Of a DNA stretch of 32,000 bases, positions 20,018 through 29,897 are shown one piece after another. The position numbers and the translations under genes were made by a program. Location: contig JBDHVY010000001.1 of the NCBI GenBank assembly GCA_039809905.1, positions 990,001-1,022,000 of the forward strand, in the 5' to 3' direction. Position 1 is the stretch's first letter, and each line of letters begins with the position of its first letter. This stretch comes from Candidatus Babelota bacterium (GTDB taxonomy: Bacteria > Babelota > Babeliae > Babelales > Vermiphilaceae). Under the pieces are notes generated by a model that saw nothing but the letters and a program-made list of their open reading frames with translations, searched no databases and had not been told where the DNA came from.

Positions 20018-20305
20018 TTATTCCGTAGTGTCATCAGAATTGTTCAATTGTAAAGCAGTTGTTATTCTTCGGTTATTTTTTTTTATCTGGTCTTCTAAGT
20101 CCCATATTTTACGTATGCCTACCGATGAATTTCCTCTGAGTAAACGTAATGTTTCTCTATGGATTTTATTTTCTTTGCGAAGTATGGCGCAATATTCTTT
20201 CGTTGTAAGTGATCTTGAAAGTTTTGTTAAAAGCGTGCAAAAGCTTGAGCTATGCATGATAAGTGCCTGAGTAATAAAAAATAAGAAAAATGTTGTTTTA
20301 TTCAT
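20018..20305 (-). CDS. Small exported protein in a cluster of five
   Basis: MNKTTFFLFFITQALIMHSSSFCTLLTKLSRSL..., overlapping the upstream gene start. Confidence 0.5.
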   Translation of the reverse strand: MNKTTFFLFFITQALIMHSSSFCTLLTKLSRSLTTKEYCAILRKENKIHRETLRLLRGNSSVGIRKIWDLEDQIKKNNRRITTALQLNNSDDTTE

Positions 20306-20765
20306 TTGGATGGCCTTTATATTGGGCTTCTAAAATTAATTGATTAATTCTGAAGCTTACCAGCGAGTGTTTTTCATGATCTTCTTTGATGGCAAACTCT
20401 AGTAATTTTAATTTTTTAATGTCCAAAGGTTCATCGTTATAAGTATAATTAATTGCTGTAATGTCCTGTTGTTTTATATTTTTTACAAGCCGTTGAGCGA
20501 TATTTTCTTGTTCTTGCAATAATTTGTATAATTCTTTATTTCTCTCATGAACTGATTCTAAAAATATTGAACTGTTTTTCGATATTTCTGTCTCTGATAC
20601 ATCAAGAAATTTTTTTTGAGTCATTGTGTTCAGTCTTTTATTTGTGTGATATGTTCTCACAGACAAATGCTTTTCATAACCCAAACGCCTTACTAACATA
20701 CTGAACAAGGAGGTGCTGCTTACCAATACGCCTGTGATAATGCTCAGAGCAATAAATTTCTTCAT
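20298..20765 (-). CDS. Small exported protein in a cluster of five
   Basis: MKKFIALSIITGVLVSSTSLFSMLVRRLGYEKHLSVRTYHTNK..., coiled-coil rich. Confidence 0.55.
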   Translation of the reverse strand: MKKFIALSIITGVLVSSTSLFSMLVRRLGYEKHLSVRTYHTNKRLNTMTQKKFLDVSETEISKNSSIFLESVHERNKELYKLLQEQENIAQRLVKNIKQQDITAINYTYNDEPLDIKKLKLLEFAIKEDHEKHSLVSFRINQLILEAQYKGHPNE

Positions 20766-20770
20766 GGGAC

Positions 20771-21130
20771 TTACTTTTTTTCTTGTGTATTATTAGTTGA
20801 ATTATTTCTATAGCGCATATTATGTTCAGGAATAAATGTATCATCATGATCTAAGTGTACAACAGCTGCTAATGCTTCAAAGTTATGAAACAAAATGGAT
20901 TCATTTTTTTCTAATTTATCAATACGTTCTTGTAGTTTTTGAATTGTCATTCTGATTTTATCCTGTTGAGATAGTTCAGGATGTCCACCATTGTAAAATC
21001 TAACGAAATGTGGTTTTTTATAAAATCTTGTTTGTGGTTGCACATTTCTTTGGCGTAATAATGCGGCCATTGGATGAATAGATACTACTGACAGGCATGA
21101 TAATAACCCGGCGATATTCATTAATTTCAT
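20771..21130 (-). CDS. Small exported protein in a cluster of five
   Basis: MKLMNIAGLLSCLSVVSIHPMAALLRQRNVQPQTRFYKKPHFVRFYNG..., coiled-coil segment. Confidence 0.55.
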   Translation of the reverse strand: MKLMNIAGLLSCLSVVSIHPMAALLRQRNVQPQTRFYKKPHFVRFYNGGHPELSQQDKIRMTIQKLQERIDKLEKNESILFHNFEALAAVVHLDHDDTFIPEHNMRYRNNSTNNTQEKK

Positions 21131-21159
21131 ACGATACTCCGTTAAAGATGTCTGTTGCC

Positions 21160-21687
21160 TTAACTTATAATAGATTTGTTGCGCATTAGATTATGTATTC
21201 GAGAATTTTCTTGTTCAACTAATTCCTTGAGCTCATTTTTGTTTTTTATTTTTGATTTTATATATACAGTGCTTTTGCTAAACCAATAATAACGAGTATG
21301 GTGCCCTAAGTAATTTGTAGGGTTTTCATTTATACAATAATGACCGTCATGCTTTGTTATCTTATTTGGATGATAACCATACATATCTTCTATAGTTTTT
21401 ATTTGATCAAAAATAGCTTTTGTGAGTGGATTCTGTTCATAATCAATACTGAAAAAATAGTTTTTTATTGAAAGCGTAAAGGGAGGCTCATTAAGTTCAG
21501 GATTTTTAATTTCTTTTTTAGAAGTTAATAGGTTTAGTGAATTTATTTTTTTTTGTATATCGGAGATACCATGAAGATCGATATATAGTAATACTAATCT
21601 TTTTTCAATATCATTTAATGATTTATGCATTGCATTAAGATGATATGGTACTATAAAAAATGCCATAATAGAGAACAACTTGATCAC
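21160..21687 (-). CDS. Small exported protein in a cluster of five
   Basis: MIKLFSIMAFFIVPYHLNAMH signal-like leader and intact ORF. Confidence 0.5.
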   Translation of the reverse strand: MIKLFSIMAFFIVPYHLNAMHKSLNDIEKRLVLLYIDLHGISDIQKKINSLNLLTSKKEIKNPELNEPPFTLSIKNYFFSIDYEQNPLTKAIFDQIKTIEDMYGYHPNKITKHDGHYCINENPTNYLGHHTRYYWFSKSTVYIKSKIKNKNELKELVEQENSRIHNLMRNKSIIS

Positions 21688-22442
21688 GATAATTCCTTTT
21701 TTTGTCTAAGCTTGCGCCATTGTGATTCTGCTTTTTCAGGATCAAAGTTGTTGACTCGTTCATCGCATCCTGAATAACGAATGCCAATAAAGGATATGTT
21801 ATACGATTGCAAAGCTTTTTCAACTGATATGAGATATTTCATTTTATCGTCAACGAATATTATTTTTTCAGGATAATAATTCATGTAATCAAAAAGACAT
21901 AATAAAGCCTGGCCTTTATCATTATTGCCACCAAATAAAATGCTGTTTTTATAAAAACAAGGATGTGGCATGGATAGTACTAAATCATCTTGACTGAAAT
22001 CTGGTACTAAAAATTGGATATCGATATTTTCAAGCTGCTCCAGTGTTCTTTCTGCAACAAAAAGACTGCGTGTAGAAAGGGCCATTATAGGGATGTTATA
22101 TTTTATGAGTTGTGATGTCAGAAAAGGAACAATATTTTCTGTTGGTTCCAGATCAACATTAAATTGTGCATAATAAGTGACGGGCAATGCATAATAAATA
22201 GCAGTAAGGTAATCATGGCCTTGCGCCATTTTTTTGTCCACTAAATGGCAAAACCATTCATCGCTGCTCAATTCTTCTGTCGGATGTGCTAGTGTATTAT
22301 CAATATCAAAGATGACTAACGTTCCGGGGGTAATATAATTGAGCACGGTTTCAATTTTATTGCTTTCAATTATCAGGCACTTAATAGATACATTAGAGAA
22401 TAAAACCAACCATAAAATAGATATGAAGTTATATTTTTTCAT
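21684..22442 (-). CDS. Exported HAD-like hydrolase, DUF2608-like
   Basis: Signal peptide, VIFDIDNTLAHP, IMALSTRS, GGNNDKGQALLCLFD, KIIFVDDKMKYL. Confidence 0.7.
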   Translation of the reverse strand: MKKYNFISILWLVLFSNVSIKCLIIESNKIETVLNYITPGTLVIFDIDNTLAHPTEELSSDEWFCHLVDKKMAQGHDYLTAIYYALPVTYYAQFNVDLEPTENIVPFLTSQLIKYNIPIMALSTRSLFVAERTLEQLENIDIQFLVPDFSQDDLVLSMPHPCFYKNSILFGGNNDKGQALLCLFDYMNYYPEKIIFVDDKMKYLISVEKALQSYNISFIGIRYSGCDERVNNFDPEKAESQWRKLRQKKELS

Positions 22443-23974
22443 TATATTTTAACCTCCTCAATAGTCAGTGCATCATTACTGATATGATTTTGTTTAAGAT
22501 ATATAAGAATGTCAGCGCGGTTTTTTACAAGATCAGGTGTATATTTTTGTGCCGTATTAAGTGTACTGATAAGAGAAATGCAATCGCGTAGTTGATTATC
22601 ATTTTGAAGCATTTCCTTTGCTCTATCAAACCGTCGACTCCCTTCGGTTTGCGCTGTCTTTTTTTCTTTTGTATCGCTAACTTTTATTTCTTTCTTTTTC
22701 TTTGGCAGTGGCATCCCTTCTTTTGTTACCTTGATGTAATTATCGAGTGTTTCTTCTCGGCCAAAATTTTTAGTAAACCATTGTATCTGTTCTGTAGGAG
22801 GTGTTGTGCGTTCAATGCCAAAATCTGGTTCAATACCTGTTCCTTGGATAGTTGTGTTATCAGGTAAAAAATAGAGACATGTCGTAATTTTTAAGGCGCA
22901 ATTATTGCTTATGGGAATAACTTCTTGTACCGAACCTTTTCCAAATGTTTTTGTACCAACCAAAAATACTAAGTAATCATTGGTTGCATCAGAATGTATT
23001 TTCAAACATCCGGCTAAAATTTCTCCTGCTGATGCAGTATAATTATTAATGAGTACAAAAATAGGTAATGTGTTTTTGATGACAGGATCTCTTTTAGTTC
23101 TGTATTGTTCAATTTCTTGCGCGTTTTTATCCTTAGTTAATGTTACAAGACTGCCTTTTTTTAAAAATAATCCTGCAATATCAATTGCTGCCGTCAGTAA
23201 TCCGCCCGAATTATTGCGCAAATCAAGAATTAATCCTTTATGATTTTGTTCTTGAGATTTTTTGAGTAAAGCTTCTATTTGTTTGACTGCAGCATCGGTG
23301 AACATGCTTAATGAAATGTAAGAAATATTATGACTAGTGATATGAAAACTCAGTGAATGTTGTTCCTTAACAATATCGCGTACTATCTCAAAAGAAAGCA
23401 TATCAGGGCTATTTTCACGCATTACTTTTACTTTTACTACTGTGTGGCGTTCACCTTTCAACAGAGATATTATTTTTTCTGTTGTTAATCCTTCTAATAA
23501 ATCGCCATTAATTTCTACTATTTTATCCATGGGCTGAATGCCAACTTTATCTGCTGGACCATCAGGAATGGTATCAACAATAGTTAAATGTTTATCTTTT
23601 GTTTTTCTCATATTATCAATAACAATACCAACACCAAAAAACTCACCAGATGTTGTTTCAAGCATGTCATGATATGTTTTAGGGTCCAAAAAATTGGAAT
23701 GTGCATCGAGTGAATTAATAAAACCATCAATTGCTTTAATCATGTTTTCTTTTGGATCAGTAATTGCATAATGTTTTTTGTGAGCAATATCCATTGCTTG
23801 TGCAAATGTGCGGGACCAATTAAAAATTGTTTCATCAAATGTTTCATCAGTTACTGCTGCAGTTGAGGTATTATCTGTTGTAACTTCAGCTGATTCAGGA
23901 GTAGTTTTTTCACTTGCCAATGGCATAAACAGGGAAATGATAAATGTTGCAACAACGATACGTGCATTTTTCAT
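22442..23974 (-). CDS. S41-family C-terminal processing peptidase
   Basis: PDZ region GVGIVIDN...GDLLEGLTTEKIISLLKG; DLRNNSGGLLTAAIDIAG; NNYTASAGEILAG (Ser); GTKTFGKGSVQ (Lys). The stop overlaps the next start (TAATG). Confidence 0.93.
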   Translation of the reverse strand: MKNARIVVATFIISLFMPLASEKTTPESAEVTTDNTSTAAVTDETFDETIFNWSRTFAQAMDIAHKKHYAITDPKENMIKAIDGFINSLDAHSNFLDPKTYHDMLETTSGEFFGVGIVIDNMRKTKDKHLTIVDTIPDGPADKVGIQPMDKIVEINGDLLEGLTTEKIISLLKGERHTVVKVKVMRENSPDMLSFEIVRDIVKEQHSLSFHITSHNISYISLSMFTDAAVKQIEALLKKSQEQNHKGLILDLRNNSGGLLTAAIDIAGLFLKKGSLVTLTKDKNAQEIEQYRTKRDPVIKNTLPIFVLINNYTASAGEILAGCLKIHSDATNDYLVFLVGTKTFGKGSVQEVIPISNNCALKITTCLYFLPDNTTIQGTGIEPDFGIERTTPPTEQIQWFTKNFGREETLDNYIKVTKEGMPLPKKKKEIKVSDTKEKKTAQTEGSRRFDRAKEMLQNDNQLRDCISLISTLNTAQKYTPDLVKNRADILIYLKQNHISNDALTIEEVKI

Positions 23975-24154
23975 GTCATTCCTTTTTTCTTTTAATACAA
24001 GCTAAATGTTGTAACGCAAGTCAATATAATTCTAATCCCATGTTTTGTTTCTTTTCACATGGGGATCTCATAAAAAACGAGAAGTATTTAATTAGAGGTT
24101 AATAGATGTGTATGCTTCAACTACTGTCAAGGAAAATAAAAAAGAAAGGGGTGT

Positions 24155-24436
24155 ATGATACACGTAAAGCAATTATGTATGAGACTCTTATTGGTTATTG
24201 AAATGGCTGGATTCGGGTATTTATATATTTTTGGTAACAACGGCATGCAAGCCCTTGGTGTGCAACGAGCTATAGTCTTAGATTTAGAAAAAAATGTTGC
24301 GCAATTAAAAGATGAAATTGAGCTGTTAAAAAATGATATTTATGCCTGGCAGACTGATGATTTTTATAAAGAAAAAGTTGCACGTGAACAATTGCAAATG
24401 GCGCGTAAAGGCGATGAGCTTTTTTATATTGGATAA
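24155..24436 (+). CDS. FtsB/DivIC-like septum formation protein
   Basis: N-terminal TM, coiled coil LDLEKNVAQLKDEIELLKNDI, then DDFYKEKVAREQLQMARKGDELFYI. Confidence 0.75.
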   Translation: MIHVKQLCMRLLLVIEMAGFGYLYIFGNNGMQALGVQRAIVLDLEKNVAQLKDEIELLKNDIYAWQTDDFYKEKVAREQLQMARKGDELFYIG

Positions 24437-24469
24437 ATCAGTTTTTTTGGTATGATTAATCCGCGTTCA

Positions 24470-24571
24470 CCCTTCAACAAGTTCAGGGCGAGCGCAGCGA
24501 GGAATTAACGCTGTGTTTACTACTGACGGTGTCCGAAGAAGCTTTAGCGAAGTCGGAGCCTGTCGAAGTAT
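24470..24571. repeat. Dispersed intergenic repeat, copy B
   Basis: CCCTTCAACAAGTTCAGGGCGAGCGCAGCGAGGAATTAACGCTGTGTTTACTACTGACGGTGTCCGAAGAAGCTTTAGCGAAGTCGGAGCCTGTCGAAG. Confidence 0.85.
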
Positions 24572-24640
24572 CGGCGACGCGAGAAAAGATTTGAATTTTA
24601 AAAAATACTTTTTTAGTCTTATTAAATTTTATTATTGAGC

Positions 24641-24663
24641 TCATCCTGAACTTGTTGAAGGGT
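24641..24663. repeat. Inverted partial copy of the dispersed repeat
   Basis: CATCCTGAACTTGTTGAAGGG is the inverse of the CCCTTCAACAAGTTCAGG start of copy B. Confidence 0.7.
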
Positions 24664-24689
24664 TAGCGCACATATTAAGGAACCTTCTC

Positions 24690-25307
24690 ATGAAATTTAC
24701 TTTACCATCGTTGCCGTATGAATACGGCGCTCTTGAGCCATATATTGATGCACAAACAATGGAAATTCATCACACAAAGCATCATCAAGCATATATCAAT
24801 AATTTAATTGCAGCATTGGAAAAGCATCCTGAATTTGAACCGACATCATCTGCCAGTCTTTTGATTGATTTACCAGCTGTTCCTTCTGATATTCGTGCGG
24901 CAGTACGCAATAATGGTGGTGGCCATTTTAATCATTCATTATTTTGGCAGATCATGAAACCTAACGGCGGTGGAGAACCTAATGGATTGCTTGCGCAAGA
25001 AATTAAAAAAATATTTGGAAGTTTTGCAGAATTTCAAGAATTATTTAATGCCCAAGCAAAAGCAGTTTTTGGCAGTGGCTGGGCATGGCTTTCCGTTGGT
25101 AAAGATGGGAAATTGGTGATAACGGGTTTACCAAATCAAGATTGTCCGCTTTCTTTTGATGAAACGCCTATTATGGGTCTTGATGTGTGGGAACATGCTT
25201 ATTATTTAAAGTATCAAAATAAACGTCCTGATTATATTTCAGCATGGTGGCATGTCATTAATTGGGATATGGTAGAAGAAAATTATCGTTCAATTATTAA
25301 AAAATAA
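24690..25307 (+). CDS. sodA: Fe/Mn superoxide dismutase
   Basis: [83 protein letters not shown]. The GGHFNH pattern suggests Mn type; metal not certain. Confidence 0.92.
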   Translation: MKFTLPSLPYEYGALEPYIDAQTMEIHHTKHHQAYINNLIAALEKHPEFEPTSSASLLIDLPAVPSDIRAAVRNNGGGHFNHSLFWQIMKPNGGGEPNGLLAQEIKKIFGSFAEFQELFNAQAKAVFGSGWAWLSVGKDGKLVITGLPNQDCPLSFDETPIMGLDVWEHAYYLKYQNKRPDYISAWWHVINWDMVEENYRSIIKK

Positions 25308-25325
25308 GTTGAGAGCTAGATACAA

Positions 25326-25964
25326 ATGAATATGTTAAAGAAGTTCATGAGTATATTTTTTATCTGTAATAGTGCATTGATTCACTGTATGGAGCTAACT
25401 GCTGAAACTAAAAATGAGTTTATTAGCCGAACGCAGAATTTGCCTTGTTCTAAAAAATATACACATGCCCTTTCTCAATATTTTATTGAGCCTCGTGGAG
25501 CTAGTGTGGGTTACTATACTATGTGTCCTTATGGAAAATATTATGCAGCATTAAGGTCAGCGGAAGAGAGTCAGCGACAATCATCTCAGCTGATTGTTTT
25601 TACTCACACAGGCGATGTATATGCACGGCAATTTTTGAATTGTAGGCTGTATAAAAATATTACAGCAATTGCTCTTGCGGCAAAGGGAGATATGTTTGCT
25701 ACAATATATGAAGGCGCGTGGTATCAACCGGCTCTATTAAAAATACGAAAACTTAGTACAAAAAAAACAATAAAAAAATATGAAATTTCAACAGGGTTTC
25801 AAGTAGCTTCCACTTTCAATGCCAATGCTGCAATTGCTTTTAACAAACAAGGAACTAAAGTTATTGTTTGGGGTGTGGATGTTTCTCAAAGAGGGTCGTA
25901 TTTAGGGACAGCCCATGGGGCACCGGCGCTTGATTATATGATCTTTGATGTCGAAGATAAATAA
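25326..25964 (+). CDS. Hypothetical exported protein, possibly beta-propeller-like
   Basis: Signal peptide MNMLKKFMSIFFICNSALIHC; repeat-like stretches IALAAKGDMFATIY and IAFNKQGTKVIVWGVD. Confidence 0.5.
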   Translation: MNMLKKFMSIFFICNSALIHCMELTAETKNEFISRTQNLPCSKKYTHALSQYFIEPRGASVGYYTMCPYGKYYAALRSAEESQRQSSQLIVFTHTGDVYARQFLNCRLYKNITAIALAAKGDMFATIYEGAWYQPALLKIRKLSTKKTIKKYEISTGFQVASTFNANAAIAFNKQGTKVIVWGVDVSQRGSYLGTAHGAPALDYMIFDVEDK

Positions 25965-26057
25965 GCTGTTTTGTATGTAGTTAATCTAAGTAGTAAAAAA
26001 ATGAGGATATCTTATACTACTTATATAAGATTTATATTTCTTTATAGGATATCTCGT

Positions 26058-27545
26058 ATGGAACTCAAAAACAATATGCACGAATTGCCCGAAGAACAAT
26101 ACCAGGTTCGTGTTGAAAAAGTAAAAAAAATGCAAGAGCTGGGTATTGATCCATGGCCTGCATTCAAAAAGATTAATGCTACAAGTTCGCAAGTGTTACA
26201 TGAATTTTCTGATACAGTAGAATCACGTGAATATGAAGTTGCTGGTCGTATTTTAACATCAAGAATGCACGGAAAAGCAGGTTTTTTCACCATACAAGAT
26301 GAAAGTGGAAAAATACAGTTGTATGTGCGTGAAGATGTTATTGGTGAACAAGCATTTTCTTATATCAATAATTTTATTGATATGGGAGACATTGTTTGGT
26401 GCAAAGGTAAATCATTCAGGACAAAAACGGGTGAAGTTACCATTAAAGCACAAGAATTTGTATTGCTTAGCAAGTGTTTGCATCCACTTCCAGAAAAATT
26501 TCATGGTATAGCTGATAGAGAAATTAAATATCGTCAGCGTTATTTAGATTTAATTACCAGTAAAGAAGATAGAGATCGTTTTATCAAACGTTCTCATATT
26601 GTTTCTGCAATGCGCTCATTTTTCAATGAGCATCATTTCTTAGAAGTTGAAACACCTATGCTTCATCCTATTCCAGGCGGTGCTGTTGCAAAACCATTTG
26701 TAACGCATCACAATGCGCTTGATATGGATTTATATTTGCGTATTGCGCCAGAGCTTTATTTAAAGCGTTTAGTCGTTGGTGGGTTGCCGCGTGTGTATGA
26801 AATTAATCGTAATTTCAGAAATGAAGGTATATCAATTAGACACAATCCAGAATTTACGATGGTGGAATATTATATTGCCCATCATGATTATATGTTTATG
26901 ATGCTCTTTACTGAAAAATTGTTGCAGCATATTGCGCAAACAGTTTGTGGAACTACTGATATAGTATTTGGTGATCATATACTTAATTTTGCGGCACCAT
27001 TTGCACGAATGACTATGCAAGAAGCTGTTGCAGGTGTGGTAAGGTGTGCAGTAGAAGATCTTGAAGGTGAAAAAATTGATGCAATTATTGCACAACATAA
27101 AATTCGTCTTGAACAAAAAAATCCATCATGGGGCTATAAATTAAATACTTTGTTTGAAGAACTTGTTGAATCTACTTTGATTCAACCGACATTTATTACG
27201 CAATTTCCTATAGAAGTTTCACCACTTTCTAAGCGTAATGCAGTTAATTATGATTTTGCAGATCGTTTTGAATTATATGTTGCGGGAATAGAACTTTCTA
27301 ATGGATTTAGCGAGTTGAATAATCCGTTTGATCAAGCCGATCGTTTTAATGATCAAGCAAAGGCGCGCGCAGCAGGGGAAGATGAAACTCATTTTTATGA
27401 TGCTGATTATGTAACTGCGCTTGAATATGGATTGCCACCAACGGTTGGTTGCGGAATTGGTATTGATCGTTTAACGATGTTTTTAACTAATGCACCATCG
27501 ATTCGTGATGTGATTTTGTTTCCGACATTACGGATGAAAGAATAG
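26058..27545 (+). CDS. lysS: Lysine--tRNA ligase (class II)
   Basis: GRILTSRMHGKAGFFTIQDESGKIQLYV, DREIKYRQRYLDLI, FLEVETPMLHPIPGGAVAKPFVTHHNAL, PTVGCGIGIDRLTMFLT. ATG at 26058 with an in-frame upstream extension judged non-coding. Confidence 0.96.
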   Translation: MELKNNMHELPEEQYQVRVEKVKKMQELGIDPWPAFKKINATSSQVLHEFSDTVESREYEVAGRILTSRMHGKAGFFTIQDESGKIQLYVREDVIGEQAFSYINNFIDMGDIVWCKGKSFRTKTGEVTIKAQEFVLLSKCLHPLPEKFHGIADREIKYRQRYLDLITSKEDRDRFIKRSHIVSAMRSFFNEHHFLEVETPMLHPIPGGAVAKPFVTHHNALDMDLYLRIAPELYLKRLVVGGLPRVYEINRNFRNEGISIRHNPEFTMVEYYIAHHDYMFMMLFTEKLLQHIAQTVCGTTDIVFGDHILNFAAPFARMTMQEAVAGVVRCAVEDLEGEKIDAIIAQHKIRLEQKNPSWGYKLNTLFEELVESTLIQPTFITQFPIEVSPLSKRNAVNYDFADRFELYVAGIELSNGFSELNNPFDQADRFNDQAKARAAGEDETHFYDADYVTALEYGLPPTVGCGIGIDRLTMFLTNAPSIRDVILFPTLRMKE

Positions 27546-27563
27546 AGCTAATTATTGGTATTG

Positions 27564-27599
27564 AAAAAGCCTTTCATGATTTTGCATGAAAGGCTTTTT
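27564..27599. terminator. Bidirectional Rho-independent terminator between convergent genes
   Basis: AAAAAGCCTTTCATG (27564-27578) / CATGAAAGGCTTTTT (27585-27599), 15-bp perfect inverted repeat, 6-nt loop. Confidence 0.95.
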
Positions 27600-27619
27600 T
27601 ATTTTTGCATAATAATCGG

Positions 27620-28768
27620 TTATTTTTTCAATAGAGACTTTTTTACTGCTGCTAGACTATTTAAAATCACTGTTGTTGCTATAACTATTTTAGTTTTATT
27701 GCGAGATGCAAGAGATAATTTATCAGCGGGATAAATTTGTTTTTTGAGCTCATCTACTGTTGGCTGGGTATATTTTAAATCGAGGTCTTTGCATTTAAAA
27801 TATTTCTCATTAAATTTGTGTAATTCATCGATAAACTGTTGAGATTGTTTTTTATGTGATCCATCATCGGTAATAATGATATGGGTTTTTTCGCCCTTAA
27901 GTGCATCATATATTTTTATGGTATCATGATCAGGATTTTCAAGAACGCCATCGTTTTTATGAAAGTGTAATAATATTGGACAAGTAATTTTTCCTCGTAA
28001 TTTCTCGACTTCATTAATTGGTTCTGGGTGATGTGGATCAAAATTATAGTTAGTAACCCTTGGTGCTATTTCGTACTTGATCCCGGAAGAATATGATTTT
28101 TTTAATTGATCCCCAAATAGCATATACACTGCGCTTGCGCTTATTAAGGATGCAAGGTTTATATTACTTTGAGAAGTTTTTCCTTCCAGTGCAGATGAGC
28201 AGATGCTCCATGCTGCTAATGTTCCTGCTGCAAGCGTTGCATGAGATAAATATGTGCTTGCTGTTGAAACTGGTTTATATTTATCTAAGCTGAGAAAGGT
28301 TCCGGTATCTACTAATGCACCATTGTTGATTGCAGCTATTATTTTATCAGCCTCAGCTTTGGAGGTAATTTTAGTGCCTTTAAAATAATCTGGATCGTAA
28401 TTAAGTAATGCAGCTAAACCATTTAATCCCGTTCCAGCACCACAAGAATAACCTACTAATGCAATTGCATCATGACCTTCTTCTACTCGTTCATATAAAT
28501 GATTTGCCAGTTCATGAACAGCCGGCTTTGTATAAAGAACTGCAACATCCCATCTTCCTGGAGAATCCGGGTACACAACGGCTGAATGAGAATCACCTAG
28601 TGTACGAACCCATTGGCGAATTCTTCCATCTTCTCCAAAGCCATGTGAATAAACAACATGAAGCTTTTTTGTAGGTTTTTCATTGCTTTCATTCGTATCA
28701 GTCTTGGTATTGAAAGTAAAGAAAAGCAGACAAGATACAATTGTCTGCTTTTTTATATTTATGTTCAT
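27620..28768 (-). CDS. Exported alpha/beta-hydrolase-like protein
   Basis: Signal peptide, VYSHGFGEDG, ALVGYSCGAGTG (G-x-S-x-G), late D and H candidates ILLHFHKNDG...DHD and DDGSHKK. Confidence 0.7.
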   Translation of the reverse strand: MNINIKKQTIVSCLLFFTFNTKTDTNESNEKPTKKLHVVYSHGFGEDGRIRQWVRTLGDSHSAVVYPDSPGRWDVAVLYTKPAVHELANHLYERVEEGHDAIALVGYSCGAGTGLNGLAALLNYDPDYFKGTKITSKAEADKIIAAINNGALVDTGTFLSLDKYKPVSTASTYLSHATLAAGTLAAWSICSSALEGKTSQSNINLASLISASAVYMLFGDQLKKSYSSGIKYEIAPRVTNYNFDPHHPEPINEVEKLRGKITCPILLHFHKNDGVLENPDHDTIKIYDALKGEKTHIIITDDGSHKKQSQQFIDELHKFNEKYFKCKDLDLKYTQPTVDELKKQIYPADKLSLASRNKTKIVIATTVILNSLAAVKKSLLKK

Positions 28769-29151
28769 AATTTTTGATGAGCTAAATTAATTATTGCTCC
28801 CTGAATTACACCAGCATCTAGTTCGCATGAACTTGCGTATTCGTTTATTCTGGATGCTAATACTTGATGATTATTTCCTTTTACAAAAAAAACAGTACAA
28901 TGGCATCTGCTGTTGTCGTTCGCAAGTCTGCGTATCAAGTAAGCGTAATGGGTTACAGCTTCTCCTCCAAATGATCTTTCAGCGCTTTCTATCATAGCGG
29001 CTATTTTCTGGTTGGGTATAACGCAATTGCCATCAATGACTGGGAGTTGAAAGTAATGAGTAGAAGAATGTAGAATGATTGCAGATAATGGAATGTTTAC
29101 CATAAATCCACATACTATTAGTATTGAAAAAATTGATTTTTTCATAATCAT
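28765..29151 (-). CDS. Small exported protein, member of a three-member paralogous family
   Basis: Signal peptide; C..P...I...IESAERSFGGEAVTHY...C..TVFFVKGNN. 4-nt overlap with 27620-28768. Confidence 0.6.
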   Translation of the reverse strand: MIMKKSIFSILIVCGFMVNIPLSAIILHSSTHYFQLPVIDGNCVIPNQKIAAMIESAERSFGGEAVTHYAYLIRRLANDNSRCHCTVFFVKGNNHQVLASRINEYASSCELDAGVIQGAIINLAHQKL

Positions 29152-29159
29152 GATTGCCT

Positions 29160-29789
29160 CTATTCTTTATTAATGGTGTTAAGTTTTGTAGGCTCTATAG
29201 TTTTTGGCTTTATGTGAATATTATTATTATGCATTTCCAATGCTTTGCACAAAGCTAAGTTATCTGTATACAGAAATAGTCCATGTGTGGTTTCTTGATC
29301 TTTACCATTAATATTGGCACAAAATACGCAAGGGATTTCAGTAACTGGTTCTTGATCATCTAATTTTTGACCTTTTGGTGACATAATTGGCGCAGTATAG
29401 CGAGTGCCTTTGTGATGCGGATATTTTGGATTATGCTTCATATTGTTAAAAAAATTCTCAGGAGATTCATTATCTTGCTCAAAAAAATCATATTTGCTAG
29501 CGCAAGCTATTGAACTATGAAAAAGATCGCATCCCACGTAGTCAATTATGTTACCAATTGTACTGATACGCTTATTGGAGTAACTATTGTAAACCGGTCT
29601 AACTATTGTTGTCTTAGCTAAATCTTCAGGAGAAATAGGCAAAACATCACCAAGCTCATTTGCATTAAAAGGCATGATAAATGTTTGAGACTTGAGGGCA
29701 GTATTGTTAGTTGATTCTGTTGAATTATTAGCAAAAATAGCAACAGTATAAAATAGTGATAATGGAAGGAGCATTTTTTGTATAGACAT
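29160..29789 (-). CDS. Hypothetical exported protein
   Basis: Signal peptide MSIQKMLLPLSLFYTVAIFA; intact ORF; first gene of a likely three-gene operon. Confidence 0.6.
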   Translation of the reverse strand: MSIQKMLLPLSLFYTVAIFANNSTESTNNTALKSQTFIMPFNANELGDVLPISPEDLAKTTIVRPVYNSYSNKRISTIGNIIDYVGCDLFHSSIACASKYDFFEQDNESPENFFNNMKHNPKYPHHKGTRYTAPIMSPKGQKLDDQEPVTEIPCVFCANINGKDQETTHGLFLYTDNLALCKALEMHNNNIHIKPKTIEPTKLNTINKE

Positions 29790-29841
29790 TATATATCCTT
29801 TATTAATGTATTATTAATCTCTATTAGATCTTACTAGTTTG

Positions 29842-29869
29842 AGTATATCAAAATCGCAGAAAATGTCAA
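29842..29869 (-). promoter_or_regulatory. Candidate sigma70 promoter TTGACA-N16-TATACT
   Basis: Reverse complement CTATTTGACATTTTCTGCGATTTTGATATACT. -35 29864-29869, -10 29842-29847. Confidence 0.75.
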
Positions 29870-29897
29870 ATAGAAAATCAATGGATGGTAGGTCGAG

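Noticed and set aside
24036-24063. CCCATG...CATGGG inverted repeat between the S41 peptidase and FtsB-like genes
   Set aside because: Short arms, no T tract, and no clear association with a promoter or terminator.
25971-26057. N-terminal extension of lysS in the track (MYVVNLSSKKMRISYTTYIRF...)
   Set aside because: Canonical LysRS N-terminus fits ATG 26058. The extension spans an inverted repeat and looks like leader DNA.
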